Of a stretch of 64,000 nt of DNA, positions 17,480-28,311 are shown one piece after another (positions within the stretch are counted from its first letter, which is position 1; each line of letters opens with the position of its first letter). The translations under genes and the position numbers were made by a program. The notes beneath the pieces were generated by a model. The model did not search any database. It saw nothing but the letters and a program-made list of their open reading frames with translations, and was not told the origin of the DNA. This DNA is from Escherichia coli (GTDB taxonomy: Bacteria > Pseudomonadota > Gammaproteobacteria > Enterobacterales > Enterobacteriaceae), in the NCBI RefSeq assembly GCF_036507355.1, contig NZ_AP027877.1; one strand, 5' to 3'.

Positions 17480-18241
17480 TTACAGCAGACGACGCGCCGC
17501 TTCCACCACGATTTTCACCGCTTGGCTTTCAGTTTGTTTCATCGTCTCAGCATTCGGGATCTCTTGCTGGGTGCGGTTAACGATAACACCCGCTACCATA
17601 CCGGCACGCAGGCCCTGACTTGCACACATGGTCAGCAGGGTTGCAGATTCCATTTCATAGTTCATTACGCCCATCGCCTGCCACTCTTCCATAGAACCTT
17701 TAAAGTGACGAACTACGCGACCAGAGTAAGTATCGTAACGTTCCTGACCTGGGTAGAAGGTATCAGAAGAAGCTGTCACGCCAACGTGAGTTGTCGCGCC
17801 AATGGATTTCGCAGCTTCAACCAGCGCAGTCGTACATTCGAAATCAGCGACAGCCGGGAATTCCAGCGGTGCGAAGTGCAGGCTCGCGCCATCCAGACGG
17901 ACAGACGCCGTGGTAACCAGGACATCACCCACATTAATATGCGGCTGAATAGCGCCCGTTGTACCAATACGCAGGAAGGTGCGAATGCCCAGCTGTGCCA
18001 GCTCTTCAACAGCAATAGAGGTAGACGGGCCGCCGATACCGGTAGAGCAGACGATAACAGGTTTACCATCCAGCTCTGCACGCCAGGTAGTGAATTCGCG
18101 GTGAGATGCCAGCTTAACCGGCTTATCCATCAGCGCGGCGATCTTTTCCACACGATCCGGGTCGCCAGGGACGATGGCAAGCGTAGCCCCTTGTAAATCG
18201 TTTTTAGTGAGGCCGAGATGAAAAACATCAGACTTGGACAT
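17480..18241 (-). CDS. udp: Uridine phosphorylase Udp
   Basis: Start placed at [31 protein letters not shown] (253 aa). Confidence 0.95.
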   Translation of the reverse strand: MSKSDVFHLGLTKNDLQGATLAIVPGDPDRVEKIAALMDKPVKLASHREFTTWRAELDGKPVIVCSTGIGGPSTSIAVEELAQLGIRTFLRIGTTGAIQPHINVGDVLVTTASVRLDGASLHFAPLEFPAVADFECTTALVEAAKSIGATTHVGVTASSDTFYPGQERYDTYSGRVVRHFKGSMEEWQAMGVMNYEMESATLLTMCASQGLRAGMVAGVIVNRTQQEIPNAETMKQTESQAVKIVVEAARRLL

Positions 18242-18502
18242 ATACAACTCCTCTGTGAATCGGTTTAGTCAGAAGAAGCAAAAAGACACTTTACCGAAGG
18301 GTTTAACATTTTTTCGTGATACTCATCACCATGACGCAAATGCGTTGCATAAATTTACCCACCAAAAGTGATGCAAATCACATAAATCACTCTTCATTCT
18401 GCAGGACTGCATAAAAGATGAGCCGATTCAGGCAATGTGATTTGTTGCATGCTGACTATAGTTAACATTGCGCAACGTTTTTATAAGGGTACGGAGAATA
18501 CC

Positions 18503-19315
18503 ATGGCAACAACACAACAATCTGGATTTGCACCTGCTGCATCGCCTCTCGCTTCGACCATCGTTCAGACCCCGGACGACGCGATTGTGGCGGGCTTCAC
18601 CTCTATCCCTTCACAAGGGGATAACATGCCTGCTTACCATGCCAGACCAAAGCAAAGCGATGGCCCACTGCCAGTGGTCATTGTAGTGCAGGAAATTTTT
18701 GGCGTGCATGAACATATCCGCGACATTTGTCGCCGTCTGGCGCTGGAGGGGTATCTGGCTATCGCACCTGAACTTTACTTCCGCGAAGGCGATCCGAATG
18801 ATTTTGCCGATATCCCCACGTTGCTTAGCGGTCTGGTAGCAAAAGTGCCTGACTCGCAGGTGCTGGCCGATCTCGATCATGTCGCCAGTTGGGCTTCCCG
18901 CAACGGCGGCGATGTTCATCGTTTAATGATCACCGGATTCTGCTGGGGTGGACGTATCACCTGGCTGTATGCCGCGCATAATCCACAGCTAAAAGCCGCA
19001 GTGGCGTGGTACGGCAAACTGACGGGCGACAAGTCGCTGAATTCACCGAAACAACCTGTTGATATCGCAACCGATCTTAACGCGCCGGTTCTCGGCTTAT
19101 ATGGCGGTCAGGATAACAGCATTCCGCAGGAGAGCGTTGAAACCATGCGCCAGGCGCTGCGGGCTGCTAATGCGAAAGCAGAGATTATCGTGTACCCGGA
19201 TGCCGGGCATGCATTCAACGCTGATTATCGCCCGAGCTATCATGCCGAATCTGCGAAAGATGGCTGGCAGCGTATGCTGGAATGGTTTAAGCAGTATGGT
19301 GGGAAGCGGAGTTAG
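18503..19315 (+). CDS. ysgA: Dienelactone hydrolase-family protein YsgA
   Basis: Start placed at MATTQQSGFAPAAS with GGAG RBS; alpha/beta hydrolase. Confidence 0.85.
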   Translation: MATTQQSGFAPAASPLASTIVQTPDDAIVAGFTSIPSQGDNMPAYHARPKQSDGPLPVVIVVQEIFGVHEHIRDICRRLALEGYLAIAPELYFREGDPNDFADIPTLLSGLVAKVPDSQVLADLDHVASWASRNGGDVHRLMITGFCWGGRITWLYAAHNPQLKAAVAWYGKLTGDKSLNSPKQPVDIATDLNAPVLGLYGGQDNSIPQESVETMRQALRAANAKAEIIVYPDAGHAFNADYRPSYHAESAKDGWQRMLEWFKQYGGKRS

Positions 19316-19707
19316 TTTCCTCTTAGTCTATATTTGAGATGGTGAGTGAACGAGTGCGTTTTGCTGCCATCTCTGTCCCCCAAAAAATAATCAGTATGAA
19401 TTGATTGGAGATTACGACTCCGCTATTTGACCTTAAGAAAGTCGGCAAGTCATAGTCATAAATGAGTCTCTTCAATGGAAGACACCTTAGAGATTTACCA
19501 TCCACTCCCATTCACAAACAAACATTAATTATTATCAACACATTCACATTAATTATAAATCATCTCAGACCTTCCTGATAAAAAGATATTAAAGTGAAAC
19601 ATTGTGTTTTTCACATTTTAGTTCATCACTTTTAGGCGTAAATAAAGGTAAAAAAACAACAATACTATTTCTCTTTCACAAAAGAATTAACAAAAGGTTT
19701 TTCAAGG

Positions 19708-20856
19708 ATGAGTGATATTATTTACTTGACCATAACCGGAGAACAACAAGGATGTATTTCCTCTCGTTGTGGAACGAGCGCATCAATAGGTAATCGCTGG
19801 CAGATTGGCCATGAAGATGAAATCTTCGCGTTCTCGCTCTCTAATAGTATTACGAATACAGGCAAAGGGTCACAATTGCATGGCCTTAGTTTCTGTAAAT
19901 TGATTGACAAAAGCTCCCCGTTACTTATTAACGCTATTAACAATAACGAGCAGTTGTTCATGGAGTTTGACTTCTATCGGATCAATAGATTTGGTCGATG
20001 GGAGAAATATTACAACATTCAACTCCGCGGCGCGCTCTTATCAGCAATCAATCACCTGTTTACTGAGAACAATCTGGATACAGAAGCCATCACTGTCAGT
20101 TATGAATATATACTCTCCAGGCATCTGATTGCTAATACTGAATTTAGTTATTTGGCATTTCCCGATAACTACAACCGTCTGTTTATACCACGGCCAAAAA
20201 CTAAAGCTGGTAATGGTTTCAAAACACTTAACAGTAAAGCGGTTGGCAGACTGCTTGCTGCTGGTGGCATATACAATGGGAATATCGAAGGATTCAGGGA
20301 AACAGCAGACAAGTTGGGGGGAGATGCACCTGCTGGTTACGATCAATTTATGGATAACAAAGGGTTACTCATCGCTGGTGCTTCAATAGTTGCTGGAGCA
20401 GTTCTGGGGAGAATGAGACTCCCTGATTTGGAATCACTTGAGCATTTCGGAGCCAGAGGAGCAGTATCAGGAAGACCATTTAATCCCGACCTTGCCGGTG
20501 GTCCAATAGAAAATCTGACGACAGATGGCATAACAATCAACAGGGAAGGTATCGCTATTGTTGAAAAACACATAGCCAGATTTGGTCATGACCCTGTAAA
20601 TGAAGTGATGATCAATAGACTGAAAGACATTGAGAAAGGAAAAATCCCCCCAGAACAAGTAGATCTTAACTTCTATACTCATGAGTGTCGGGAATATCAG
20701 CGTTACTGTAATCTTGGTTGGGAAACAGGACAACCTGATGGTGACGCAGGCTATGCACTCTGGAATCATACGCATACTGCTACTCTAGAAGATTATAAAC
20801 TTAAGGGAGAACTTAATGACTTATACCACCAGGATGCACTTGACTATGATAACTGA
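19708..20856 (+). CDS. Hcp-fold protein with ~210-aa C-terminal extension (candidate 'evolved Hcp' type VI secretion effector); C-terminal domain unassigned
   Basis: N-terminal ~165 aa carry Hcp signature blocks (KLIDKSSPLL; FDFYRINRFG) aligning to KEIDSSSPYL and FKWYRIN of canonical Hcp; AAGGA RBS; gene visibly AT-rich; not in the K-12 ysgA-metE interval. Confidence 0.72.
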   Translation: MSDIIYLTITGEQQGCISSRCGTSASIGNRWQIGHEDEIFAFSLSNSITNTGKGSQLHGLSFCKLIDKSSPLLINAINNNEQLFMEFDFYRINRFGRWEKYYNIQLRGALLSAINHLFTENNLDTEAITVSYEYILSRHLIANTEFSYLAFPDNYNRLFIPRPKTKAGNGFKTLNSKAVGRLLAAGGIYNGNIEGFRETADKLGGDAPAGYDQFMDNKGLLIAGASIVAGAVLGRMRLPDLESLEHFGARGAVSGRPFNPDLAGGPIENLTTDGITINREGIAIVEKHIARFGHDPVNEVMINRLKDIEKGKIPPEQVDLNFYTHECREYQRYCNLGWETGQPDGDAGYALWNHTHTATLEDYKLKGELNDLYHQDALDYDN

Positions 20857-21091
20857 AACTGAAATTATCGTACTGAAAGTTATGGCTGAGAAAGATATAA
20901 ACTGGAACTGGATGAATCTCGATCGCACACTATCCATAAGGCAAATTCCAGGATTCGGTAATGTTGTTAACATTGTTAACAAATTAGCTAACGAGGGTTT
21001 GGTTATTATTGAGGATAGCGGACATAAGTCTATGCCTCACTACCACGTTACTGAAAAGGGATACAATTTCGTGAAAAGTGAGAATAAATAA
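20816..21091 (+). CDS. Small protein immediately downstream of the Hcp-extension gene; candidate cognate immunity protein (possible internal start at 20846)
   Basis: The ATG at 20846 overlaps the upstream stop in an ATGA arrangement; 81-91 aa; same strand; AT-rich. Confidence 0.5.
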   Translation: MTYTTRMHLTMITETEIIVLKVMAEKDINWNWMNLDRTLSIRQIPGFGNVVNIVNKLANEGLVIIEDSGHKSMPHYHVTEKGYNFVKSENK

Positions 21092-21237
21092 CGTAGCGTT
21101 GATTACTGAACAAATCGCTCAGGATTATATTTTGCGTAAAAATGATTCGGTTATTTCTGTATCTGAACGGGCGCAGATAGCAAAATGGCTTCCGGTGATG
21201 GAAGCCATCAGATTATTGGCAAAGTGCGCGTTGTTCA

Positions 21238-21325
21238 TGCCGGATGCGGCGTGAACGCCTTGTCCAGCCAACAAAACCCAAAAATTCAATAAATTGCATA
21301 AATTATGTAGGCCTGGTATCAGGCA
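21238..21325. repeat. REP unit plus IHF-site-like spacer plus partial REP (RIP-type BIME)
   Basis: TGCCGGATGCGGCGTGAACGCCTTGTCC, then AAAAATTCAATAAATTG, then GTAGGCCTGGTATCAGGC. Confidence 0.75.
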
Positions 21326-21375
21326 GTTTTGCCTCTTTCATCGTACTGCAATTTACAGTGACTCGTTAATATTCA

Positions 21376-23637
21376 TCATCCCCGACGCAAATTCTGCGCC
21401 GCCTGCACCATATTCGCCAGTGCTGCGCGGGTTTCTGGCCAGCCGCGCGTTTTCAGGCCACAGTCCGGGTTGACCCACAGGCGCTCTGCCGGAATGCGTT
21501 TTGCCGCTTTCTTCAGCAAGGCTTCAATCCATTCTACGCTCGGTACGTTTGGCGAGTGAATGTCATAGACGCCTGGACCGATTTCATTCGGATAATCAAA
21601 CTCTTCAAACGACTCCAGCAACTCCATGTCGGAACGCGAGGTTTCGATGGTGATGACGTCTGCGTCCAGTGCCGCAATCGAATCCATGATGTCGTTGAAC
21701 TCGCAATAACACATGTGAGTGTGGATTTGTGTGTCATCTTTCGCCACGGCGGCGTTGATACGGAAGGCCTCCACGCCCCACTGGAGATATGCATCCCAGT
21801 CGCTACGACGCAGCGGTAAACCTTCGCGCAGCGCCGGTTCATCAATCTGGATGATGCCAATTCCTGCGGCTTCCAGGTCCGCCACTTCATCACGCAGCGC
21901 CAGCGCAATTTGTTTGGCGATGGTTTCACGGCTGACATCTTCACGCGGGAACGACCAGCAGAGAATGGTCACCGGGCCAGTCAGCATCCCTTTCACCGGT
22001 TTATCAGTCAGAGATTGCGCATACTTCGCCCACTCAACGGTAATCGGTGCCGGGCGGCTAATATCACCAATGACAATCGGTGGCTTCACGCAGCGGGAAC
22101 CATAGCTCTGTACCCAACCGTTTTGCGTAAAGACAAACCCGTCGAGGTGCTCGCCAAAGTATTCCACCATGTCATTACGCTCGGCCTCGCCATGTACCAG
22201 CACATCCAGTCCCAAACGTTCCTGTTCAACAATGGCCTGCCTGATATGTTCTGCAATGCCCGTGCGGTAGTTATTGGCGTCGAGATTGCCCTTTTTGAAA
22301 TCCAGACGCAGGGTACGAATTTCCGTGGTTTGCGGGAAGGAACCAATCGTGGTGGTCGGCCACGCTGGCAGTTTAAAACGCGCACGCTGGGCTTCAGCAC
22401 GCACTTCATAGACATTCGCACGCTGGCTGTCCTGGGCGGTGATCGCCGCCAGACGCTTTTCTACCGCCGGATTATGTACACGAGTAGAGTGACGACGCGC
22501 CTGAATTGGGGCGCTCCACTCTGCCAGAGCTGCCGTGTCACCACTGTTCAGCGCATCGCGCAGCAGTGCCAGTTCATGGCATTTTTGTAGGGCGAAGGCA
22601 AACCAGCTTTTCACTTCTGCATCAAGACGCGTTTCCACGCTCAGGTCGATGGGGCTGTGCAGCAACGAGCAGGAAGATGCCACCCACAAATCACGTTTGC
22701 CGACAATGTCCTTAATTTGCGCATATTTCTCAGTAAGATCGGCGCGCCAGACGTTACGACCATTGATCAGACCCGCAGACAGCAGCCAGTCAGAAGGCAG
22801 GCGCTTGTGCAGTTCAACAACGTCATCTTTACCATGTACAAGGTCCACATGCAGCCCCTGAACAGGCAGCGCAGTAATCGTGTCGAGATTTGGCGTTACG
22901 CCTTCAAAATAGGTGGTCAGCAGCAGTTTCACCTGTCCCTGGAGCGCGTCGTAAGCGGGTTTGTATGCGTCCAGCCACGCCTGTGGTAGTTCCAGTACCA
23001 GCGCGGGTTCATCAATCTGTACCCACTCGATGCCGCGTTTCGCCAGTTCTGCCAGCACTTGCTGATAAACCGGCAGAATGTCGTTCAGCAGGCTAAGGCG
23101 GTCAAACTGTTCACCTTTCACTTTCCCCAGCCACAGCCAGGTAATCGGCCCCAGCAGCACAGGCTTAACGTTGTGGCCCAGCGCCAGCGCCTCGTCCACT
23201 TCCTCCAGCAGCTGCGTCCAGGTTAGTTTGAACTGTTGGCCTTTAACGAATTCCGGCACCATGTAGTGATAGTTGGTGTTAAACCATTTGGTCATTTCCG
23301 CTGCCGCCGCAGGTTCGCCAGTCGGCGCACGTCCACGACCAATACGGAACAGGGTGTCGATATCTACCGAACCGTCTTTGTTCTGATGACGCGCCGGAAC
23401 GTTACCCAGCAGCAGACTGGTGGTCAGAACATGATCGTACCAGGCAAAATCGCCCACCGGCAGCAGGTCGATACCCGCTTGCTTTTGTTGATCCCAGTGA
23501 CGAGCACGCAATTCACGCCCTACCGCCAGCAGTTCTTCACGCGTGGAGTTCCCCGCCCAATAACTCTCTTGCGCTTTTTTCAGCTCGCGACGCAGGCCAA
23601 CGCGAGGGAAACCGAGGGTGTGATTCAATATTGTCAT
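21376..23637 (-). CDS. metE: Cobalamin-independent methionine synthase MetE
   Basis: 753-aa [32 protein letters not shown]. Confidence 0.96.
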   Translation of the reverse strand: MTILNHTLGFPRVGLRRELKKAQESYWAGNSTREELLAVGRELRARHWDQQKQAGIDLLPVGDFAWYDHVLTTSLLLGNVPARHQNKDGSVDIDTLFRIGRGRAPTGEPAAAAEMTKWFNTNYHYMVPEFVKGQQFKLTWTQLLEEVDEALALGHNVKPVLLGPITWLWLGKVKGEQFDRLSLLNDILPVYQQVLAELAKRGIEWVQIDEPALVLELPQAWLDAYKPAYDALQGQVKLLLTTYFEGVTPNLDTITALPVQGLHVDLVHGKDDVVELHKRLPSDWLLSAGLINGRNVWRADLTEKYAQIKDIVGKRDLWVASSCSLLHSPIDLSVETRLDAEVKSWFAFALQKCHELALLRDALNSGDTAALAEWSAPIQARRHSTRVHNPAVEKRLAAITAQDSQRANVYEVRAEAQRARFKLPAWPTTTIGSFPQTTEIRTLRLDFKKGNLDANNYRTGIAEHIRQAIVEQERLGLDVLVHGEAERNDMVEYFGEHLDGFVFTQNGWVQSYGSRCVKPPIVIGDISRPAPITVEWAKYAQSLTDKPVKGMLTGPVTILCWSFPREDVSRETIAKQIALALRDEVADLEAAGIGIIQIDEPALREGLPLRRSDWDAYLQWGVEAFRINAAVAKDDTQIHTHMCYCEFNDIMDSIAALDADVITIETSRSDMELLESFEEFDYPNEIGPGVYDIHSPNVPSVEWIEALLKKAAKRIPAERLWVNPDCGLKTRGWPETRAALANMVQAAQNLRRG

Positions 23638-23785
23638 TTTTCTTCCTCTAATTATATGTAAATCCTATGGATTTTGAATTTAGGGAAGGCGGCAAGTTTA
23701 TTCATCCCTGGGAGCTTACTGAAGTAAGTGACCGGGGTGGAGAAACGCAGCCAACGTACCATAAATTTAAAAGACGAAGGATTTT

Positions 23786-23809
23786 AGCCGTCCAGATGTT
23801 TACACATCC
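23786..23809. promoter_or_regulatory. Tandem met-box-like 8-mers (candidate MetJ operator) in the metE-metR divergent control region
   Basis: AGCCGTCC-AGATGTTT-ACACATCC resemble tandem imperfect AGACGTCT boxes. Confidence 0.5.
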
Positions 23810-23872
23810 ATAATTGGCGGTTACTGTATATTCCTCAAGCGCAAATTATTCATGCCGAAGTGAAGGACTTTC

Positions 23873-24826
23873 ATGATCGAAGTAAAACACCTGAAAACGC
23901 TACAAGCGTTGCGGAACTGCGGCTCTCTCGCAGCCGCTGCGGCGACGTTGCATCAGACGCAATCCGCCCTGTCTCACCAGTTTAGCGATCTGGAACAACG
24001 CCTTGGCTTCCGGCTATTTGTGCGTAAGAGCCAGCCGCTACGCTTTACACCGCAGGGAGAAATCCTGTTGCAACTGGCAAACCAGGTGCTGCCGCAAATC
24101 AGCCAGGCACTGCAAGCCTGCAATGAACCGCAGCAGACGCGTCTGCGCATTGCCATTGAGTGCCATAGCTGTATTCAGTGGCTGACGCCCGCGTTAGAAA
24201 ATTTCCATAAGAACTGGCCGCAGGTAGAGATGGATTTTAAATCGGGCGTGACGTTTGACCCGCAGCCCGCGTTGCAACAGGGCGAGCTGGATCTGGTGAT
24301 GACCTCCGATATTCTGCCGCGCAGTGGCCTGCATTATTCGCCGATGTTCGATTATGAAGTACGCCTGGTGTTAGCACCTGACCATCCACTGGCGGTGAAA
24401 ACGCGTATTACACCGGAAGATCTCGCCAGCGAGACGCTGTTGATTTATCCGGTGCAGCGTAGCCGACTGGATGTCTGGCGGCATTTTCTTCAGCCGGCAG
24501 GCGTCAGCCCGTCACTGAAAAGCGTCGATAACACCTTATTGTTGATTCAGATGGTTGCCGCGCGGATGGGTATTGCCGCGCTACCACATTGGGTAGTAGA
24601 GAGTTTTGAGCGCCAGGATCTGGTGGTGACCAAAACCCTGGGCGAAGGCTTGTGGAGCCGGCTGTACGCCGCCGTGCGCGATGGCGAGCAGCGTCAGCCG
24701 ATTACAGAAGCATTTATTCGCTCAGCGCGCAATCACGCCTGCGATCATCTGCCGTTTGTGAAGAGCGCGGAGCGACCCACTTACGATGCACCCACAGTGA
24801 GGCCAGGATCACCAGCGCGCCTGTAA
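23873..24826 (+). CDS. metR: LysR-family transcriptional activator MetR
   Basis: 317-aa [48 protein letters not shown] with N-terminal HTH. Confidence 0.95.
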   Translation: MIEVKHLKTLQALRNCGSLAAAAATLHQTQSALSHQFSDLEQRLGFRLFVRKSQPLRFTPQGEILLQLANQVLPQISQALQACNEPQQTRLRIAIECHSCIQWLTPALENFHKNWPQVEMDFKSGVTFDPQPALQQGELDLVMTSDILPRSGLHYSPMFDYEVRLVLAPDHPLAVKTRITPEDLASETLLIYPVQRSRLDVWRHFLQPAGVSPSLKSVDNTLLLIQMVAARMGIAALPHWVVESFERQDLVVTKTLGEGLWSRLYAAVRDGEQRQPITEAFIRSARNHACDHLPFVKSAERPTYDAPTVRPGSPARL

Positions 24827-25613
24827 TAAACGTTGGCCAGTGCGGCTGTTGGTGCCAGATAGCCAGGTTTACCAGCAGCCCTGCCGGAACGTGCATATTA
24901 TTCATAATGCCCAGCGTTCCGGCGTCCACCTGCGTCGCGCCGTAGTTCCACATAAAGTAGCCAATCCCGGAAGCCACCACGCCAAGAAACACCAGAATGC
25001 CCCATTGCAACGTGGTTTGCGGCATTTTCTGCGCATTTCCCAGCAAGAACCATGCAATTACCGCCACCAGGAACGCGCCAAGATAGAACCACGCAAAGGC
25101 GTTATGCTGCGGCATCGGGCGAGTTTCCATCAGGCGTTTGTAACCCACCATGCCGATGGCAAAAGTGATATTGGAGAGTTGCACCAGCAGCAAGCCAGTC
25201 CAGAAATGGTCGGTGACCTGATCATAGCGAATAATCCCGGCACCAATCACCGCCAGCAAGGCGCTAAAAGCATAGCCCCAGCGCAGACGGCGCTTACTCA
25301 TGATGTCATAAATCAGCGTGATGTAGAGCGGCGTCAGTACGGTGAACAGCAGCAGTTCGGAGACCGTCAGGTAGAGATACGCGCGGAAACTCAGCATATA
25401 CATCACGCCGAGCTGCATCGCGCCCACCAGCATATACAGGCCGACCGTTTTCAGGCTATTGCCACGGGTACGCAGAAACGGCAGAAAAACGAGTGCCGCC
25501 AGGCCAACGCGCACCAGCACCGCAAAATAGCTATCGACGTGCCCCGCAAGGTACTCGCCATAAAAGCTAAAGGAGAAGGCCCACAGAATCGTGGTGATGA
25601 TAAGTAGCGCCAC
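24714..25613 (-). CDS. yigM: EamA/DMT-family inner membrane transporter YigM
   Basis: 299-aa polytopic ORF; 3' end overlaps the metR 3' end convergently. Confidence 0.85.
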   Translation of the reverse strand: MALLIITTILWAFSFSFYGEYLAGHVDSYFAVLVRVGLAALVFLPFLRTRGNSLKTVGLYMLVGAMQLGVMYMLSFRAYLYLTVSELLLFTVLTPLYITLIYDIMSKRRLRWGYAFSALLAVIGAGIIRYDQVTDHFWTGLLLVQLSNITFAIGMVGYKRLMETRPMPQHNAFAWFYLGAFLVAVIAWFLLGNAQKMPQTTLQWGILVFLGVVASGIGYFMWNYGATQVDAGTLGIMNNMHVPAGLLVNLAIWHQQPHWPTFITGALVILASLWVHRKWVAPRSSQTADDRRRDCALSE

Positions 25614-25688
25614 AATGGAAAACTCTTTGATTAACGAGTATCCATTGTAGCGAAGTATCAGGTTGACAACTGACCAAATAAAGAACGA

Positions 25689-26489
25689 TTACGATAAATA
25701 GAGTTTACGCAGATAATGCGGCACCGCGTCTTCGGCATTAGTACCAATCACTTCCAGCTCGGGATGAAGGTCTTTCAGACGCTGGTGCGCACTGCCCATA
25801 ATGCAGCCTTTCCCCGCCATCGACAGCATTTCGGCATCGTTCATCCCGTCACCAAACGCAATACAATCCTTCAGGCTGTAGCCCAGTTTCTTCGCCACCG
25901 CTTCCAGCGCATGGCCTTTTGAAACGCCGCCCGCCATCACTTCCAGACAGGTTAAGGTAGAGAAACTGACGTTGACGCGATCGCCCCAACGAGCGTTAAT
26001 CGCCTGCTCCAGCGGCAGCAGTTGTTCATGGGAATCGCAGGTGAAGAACACTTTGCTGACACCTTCCGGCTCCAGTAATCCAGGCTCATACAGCGCATAT
26101 TTGAACACCGCTTCTTTAAAAAAGCGCATCTCTTCCGGGCGATGGCGATTCATAAACCATTCGTCGTCGCGATAAACGTTAGTAATGATGTCTGGATTGT
26201 CGTTGACTACGCCAAACAGATCGCTGGCAATGTCGCGATCCAGGTTATGAGCAAAAATCAGATTACCATCCAGATCGTGAACGCGCGCACCATTGGAGGT
26301 AATCATGTAAGACTTAATCTCCAGATTATCGCGAATTTGCCCCACATCAACGTGGTGACGACCGGTCGCAAACACAAAGTTGATGCCGCGCGCGGTGAGC
26401 AGCTTCAGAGTTTCTTTGGCGTAAGGGGATAACGTATGGTCGGGAGAAAGTAACGTGCCATCTAAATCAGACGCAACAACCTGGTACAT
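25689..26489 (-). CDS. yigL: HAD-family sugar phosphatase YigL
   Basis: Start placed at MYQVVASDLDGTLLSPDH (HAD motif I DxDGT); 266 aa. Confidence 0.9.
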   Translation of the reverse strand: MYQVVASDLDGTLLSPDHTLSPYAKETLKLLTARGINFVFATGRHHVDVGQIRDNLEIKSYMITSNGARVHDLDGNLIFAHNLDRDIASDLFGVVNDNPDIITNVYRDDEWFMNRHRPEEMRFFKEAVFKYALYEPGLLEPEGVSKVFFTCDSHEQLLPLEQAINARWGDRVNVSFSTLTCLEVMAGGVSKGHALEAVAKKLGYSLKDCIAFGDGMNDAEMLSMAGKGCIMGSAHQRLKDLHPELEVIGTNAEDAVPHYLRKLYLS

Positions 26490-26496
26490 AAGAAAT

Positions 26497-27519
26497 TTAA
26501 ACCTCTGTAGAGCGGTTTCCGCTGGGTGAGTTATGCCTGTTGAAAAAATCAACGATGGCGTGGAGCGCGACTGAGCGCATTGCGTCCTTTTCAAAAAGGA
26601 TCTCATGGTAAGCACCTTTAATTACCAACGGCCGTCCTCCTTCGACAGGATGGCCCGCGGCGGTGCGGAGTTCACAAAAACGGTCATGCATGCGGTTATC
26701 CACCACGCGTTCCTCTTCAGCCTGCAAGAGAAGCGTTGGCGTGGCGTCATCACCCGCACCGGCTAACACCTGTTCGCCAGCCAGAATACTTTCGCGTACC
26801 CAATGGTAGGTCGGCCCACCGACGCGAATCGTTGGGTCATCAGCATAGAAGCGTAAGTTACGTCGATATCGCTGTCTGCTGTGGGTCAGTACGTTGATAG
26901 CAAACGGCAACGCGCGCCAGCGCCCGGTGCCTATTGCATAGCCATCACGGAAACGTGGATGCGCTTCGGCCCAGTTGAGGATCTGCCGTGCCATAAATGA
27001 CGGCATACGAATCACGATCCCAAACATTGGCGCAGTTAGCGCAATGGCGTCACATACACCTGGATGGCGTTGCAGAAATAATGTGGAGATCGCACCGCCC
27101 ATCGAATGTGCCAGTATATAGCGTTTACGCCACGGACCGGGCTGGACCTCCTGTTGCCAGAATGCCGCCAGATCATCAACATAATCATTAAAGCGATTAA
27201 CATGCCCGAGATGCGGATCGGCTAACAGGCGACCGGAACGTCCCTGCCCGCGATGGTCGATGATTAAGACATCAAACCCCAAATGGAACAAATCGTAGGC
27301 CAGTTCCGCATATTTTACGTAGCTCTCAATACGCCCCGGGCAGATGACTACCACCCGGTCATGGTGCTGTGCGCGAAAACGGACAAAGCGCACCGGAATG
27401 TCATCCACACCAGTAAACTCTGCTTCATCACGCTGACGCCAGAAATCAGTCAGCGGTCCCATGGTAAAAGCAGCAAACGCGTTTTCTCTTGTTTCCCAGT
27501 CTTTTTGCTGCTGAAACAT
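26497..27519 (-). CDS. pldB: Lysophospholipase L2 PldB
   Basis: 340-aa alpha/beta hydrolase ORF with GHSMG nucleophile elbow. Confidence 0.92.
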   Translation of the reverse strand: MFQQQKDWETRENAFAAFTMGPLTDFWRQRDEAEFTGVDDIPVRFVRFRAQHHDRVVVICPGRIESYVKYAELAYDLFHLGFDVLIIDHRGQGRSGRLLADPHLGHVNRFNDYVDDLAAFWQQEVQPGPWRKRYILAHSMGGAISTLFLQRHPGVCDAIALTAPMFGIVIRMPSFMARQILNWAEAHPRFRDGYAIGTGRWRALPFAINVLTHSRQRYRRNLRFYADDPTIRVGGPTYHWVRESILAGEQVLAGAGDDATPTLLLQAEEERVVDNRMHDRFCELRTAAGHPVEGGRPLVIKGAYHEILFEKDAMRSVALHAIVDFFNRHNSPSGNRSTEV

Positions 27520-27629
27520 CGGGTAATCTGCCTCTTAAACCACGTAAAATCGTTTTTTTTAGCGTGCCTGACACAACGCTGCGACAGTAGCGTATTGTGG
27601 CACAAAAATAGACACACCGGGAGTTCATC

Positions 27630-28250
27630 ATGACCTTAGAATGGTGGTTTGCCTACCTGCTGACATCGATCATTTTAAGCCTGTCGCCAGGCTCTGGTGC
27701 AATCAACACTATGACCACCTCGCTCAACCACGGTTATCGCGGCGCGGTGGCGTCTATTGCTGGGCTTCAGACCGGACTGGCGATTCATATTGTGCTGGTT
27801 GGCGTGGGGTTGGGGACGCTATTTTCCCGCTCAGTGATTGCGTTTGAAGTGTTGAAGTGGGCAGGCGCGGCTTACTTGATTTGGCTGGGAATACAGCAAT
27901 GGCGCGCCGCTGGCGCAATTGATCTTAAATCGCTGGCCTCTACTCAATCGCGTCGACATTTGTTCCAGCGCGCAGTTTTTGTGAATCTCACCAATCCCAA
28001 AAGTATTGTGTTTCTGGCGGCGCTATTTCCGCAATTCATCATGCCGCAACAGCCGCAACTGATGCAGTATATCGTGCTCGGCGTCACCACTATTGTGGTC
28101 GATATTATTGTGATGATCGGTTACGCCACCCTTGCTCAACGGATTGCTCTATGGATTAAAGGACCAAAGCAGATGAAGGCGCTGAATAAGATTTTCGGCT
28201 CGTTGTTTATGCTGGTGGGAGCGCTGTTAGCATCGGCGAGGCATGCGTGA
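27630..28250 (+). CDS. rhtB: Homoserine/homoserine lactone efflux protein RhtB (LysE family)
   Basis: 206-aa [30 protein letters not shown]. Confidence 0.93.
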
Positions 28251-28259
28251 AAAATAATG

Positions 28260-28289
28260 TCGGATGCGGCGTAAACGCCTTATCCGACT
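28260..28289. repeat. Single REP palindromic unit
   Basis: TCGGATGCGGCGTAAACGCCTTATCCGACT. Confidence 0.75.
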
Positions 28290-28311
28290 TACTCTGAAGA
28301 CGCGTCTGGCA

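Noticed and set aside
17522-18196. 224-aa plus-strand ORF
   Set aside because: Antisense shadow ORF within udp.
19323-19511. 62-aa minus-strand ORF in the AT-rich left flank of the Hcp-extension insert
   Set aside because: No RBS and a low-complexity product; more likely promoter or junction sequence of the insert. Could be revisited with transcript data.
21126-21236. 37-codon minus-strand ATG ORF (MNNAHFANNLMASITGSHFAICARSDTEITESFLRKI) between the REP and the candidate immunity gene
   Set aside because: Too short, no convincing RBS, and it overlaps a hairpin; probably intergenic.
21910-22590. 226-aa plus-strand ORF, with several shorter neighbors
   Set aside because: Antisense shadow ORFs inside metE.
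24840-25607. 255-aa plus-strand ORF
   Set aside because: Antisense to yigM; Arg/His/Gln-rich translation, not protein-like.
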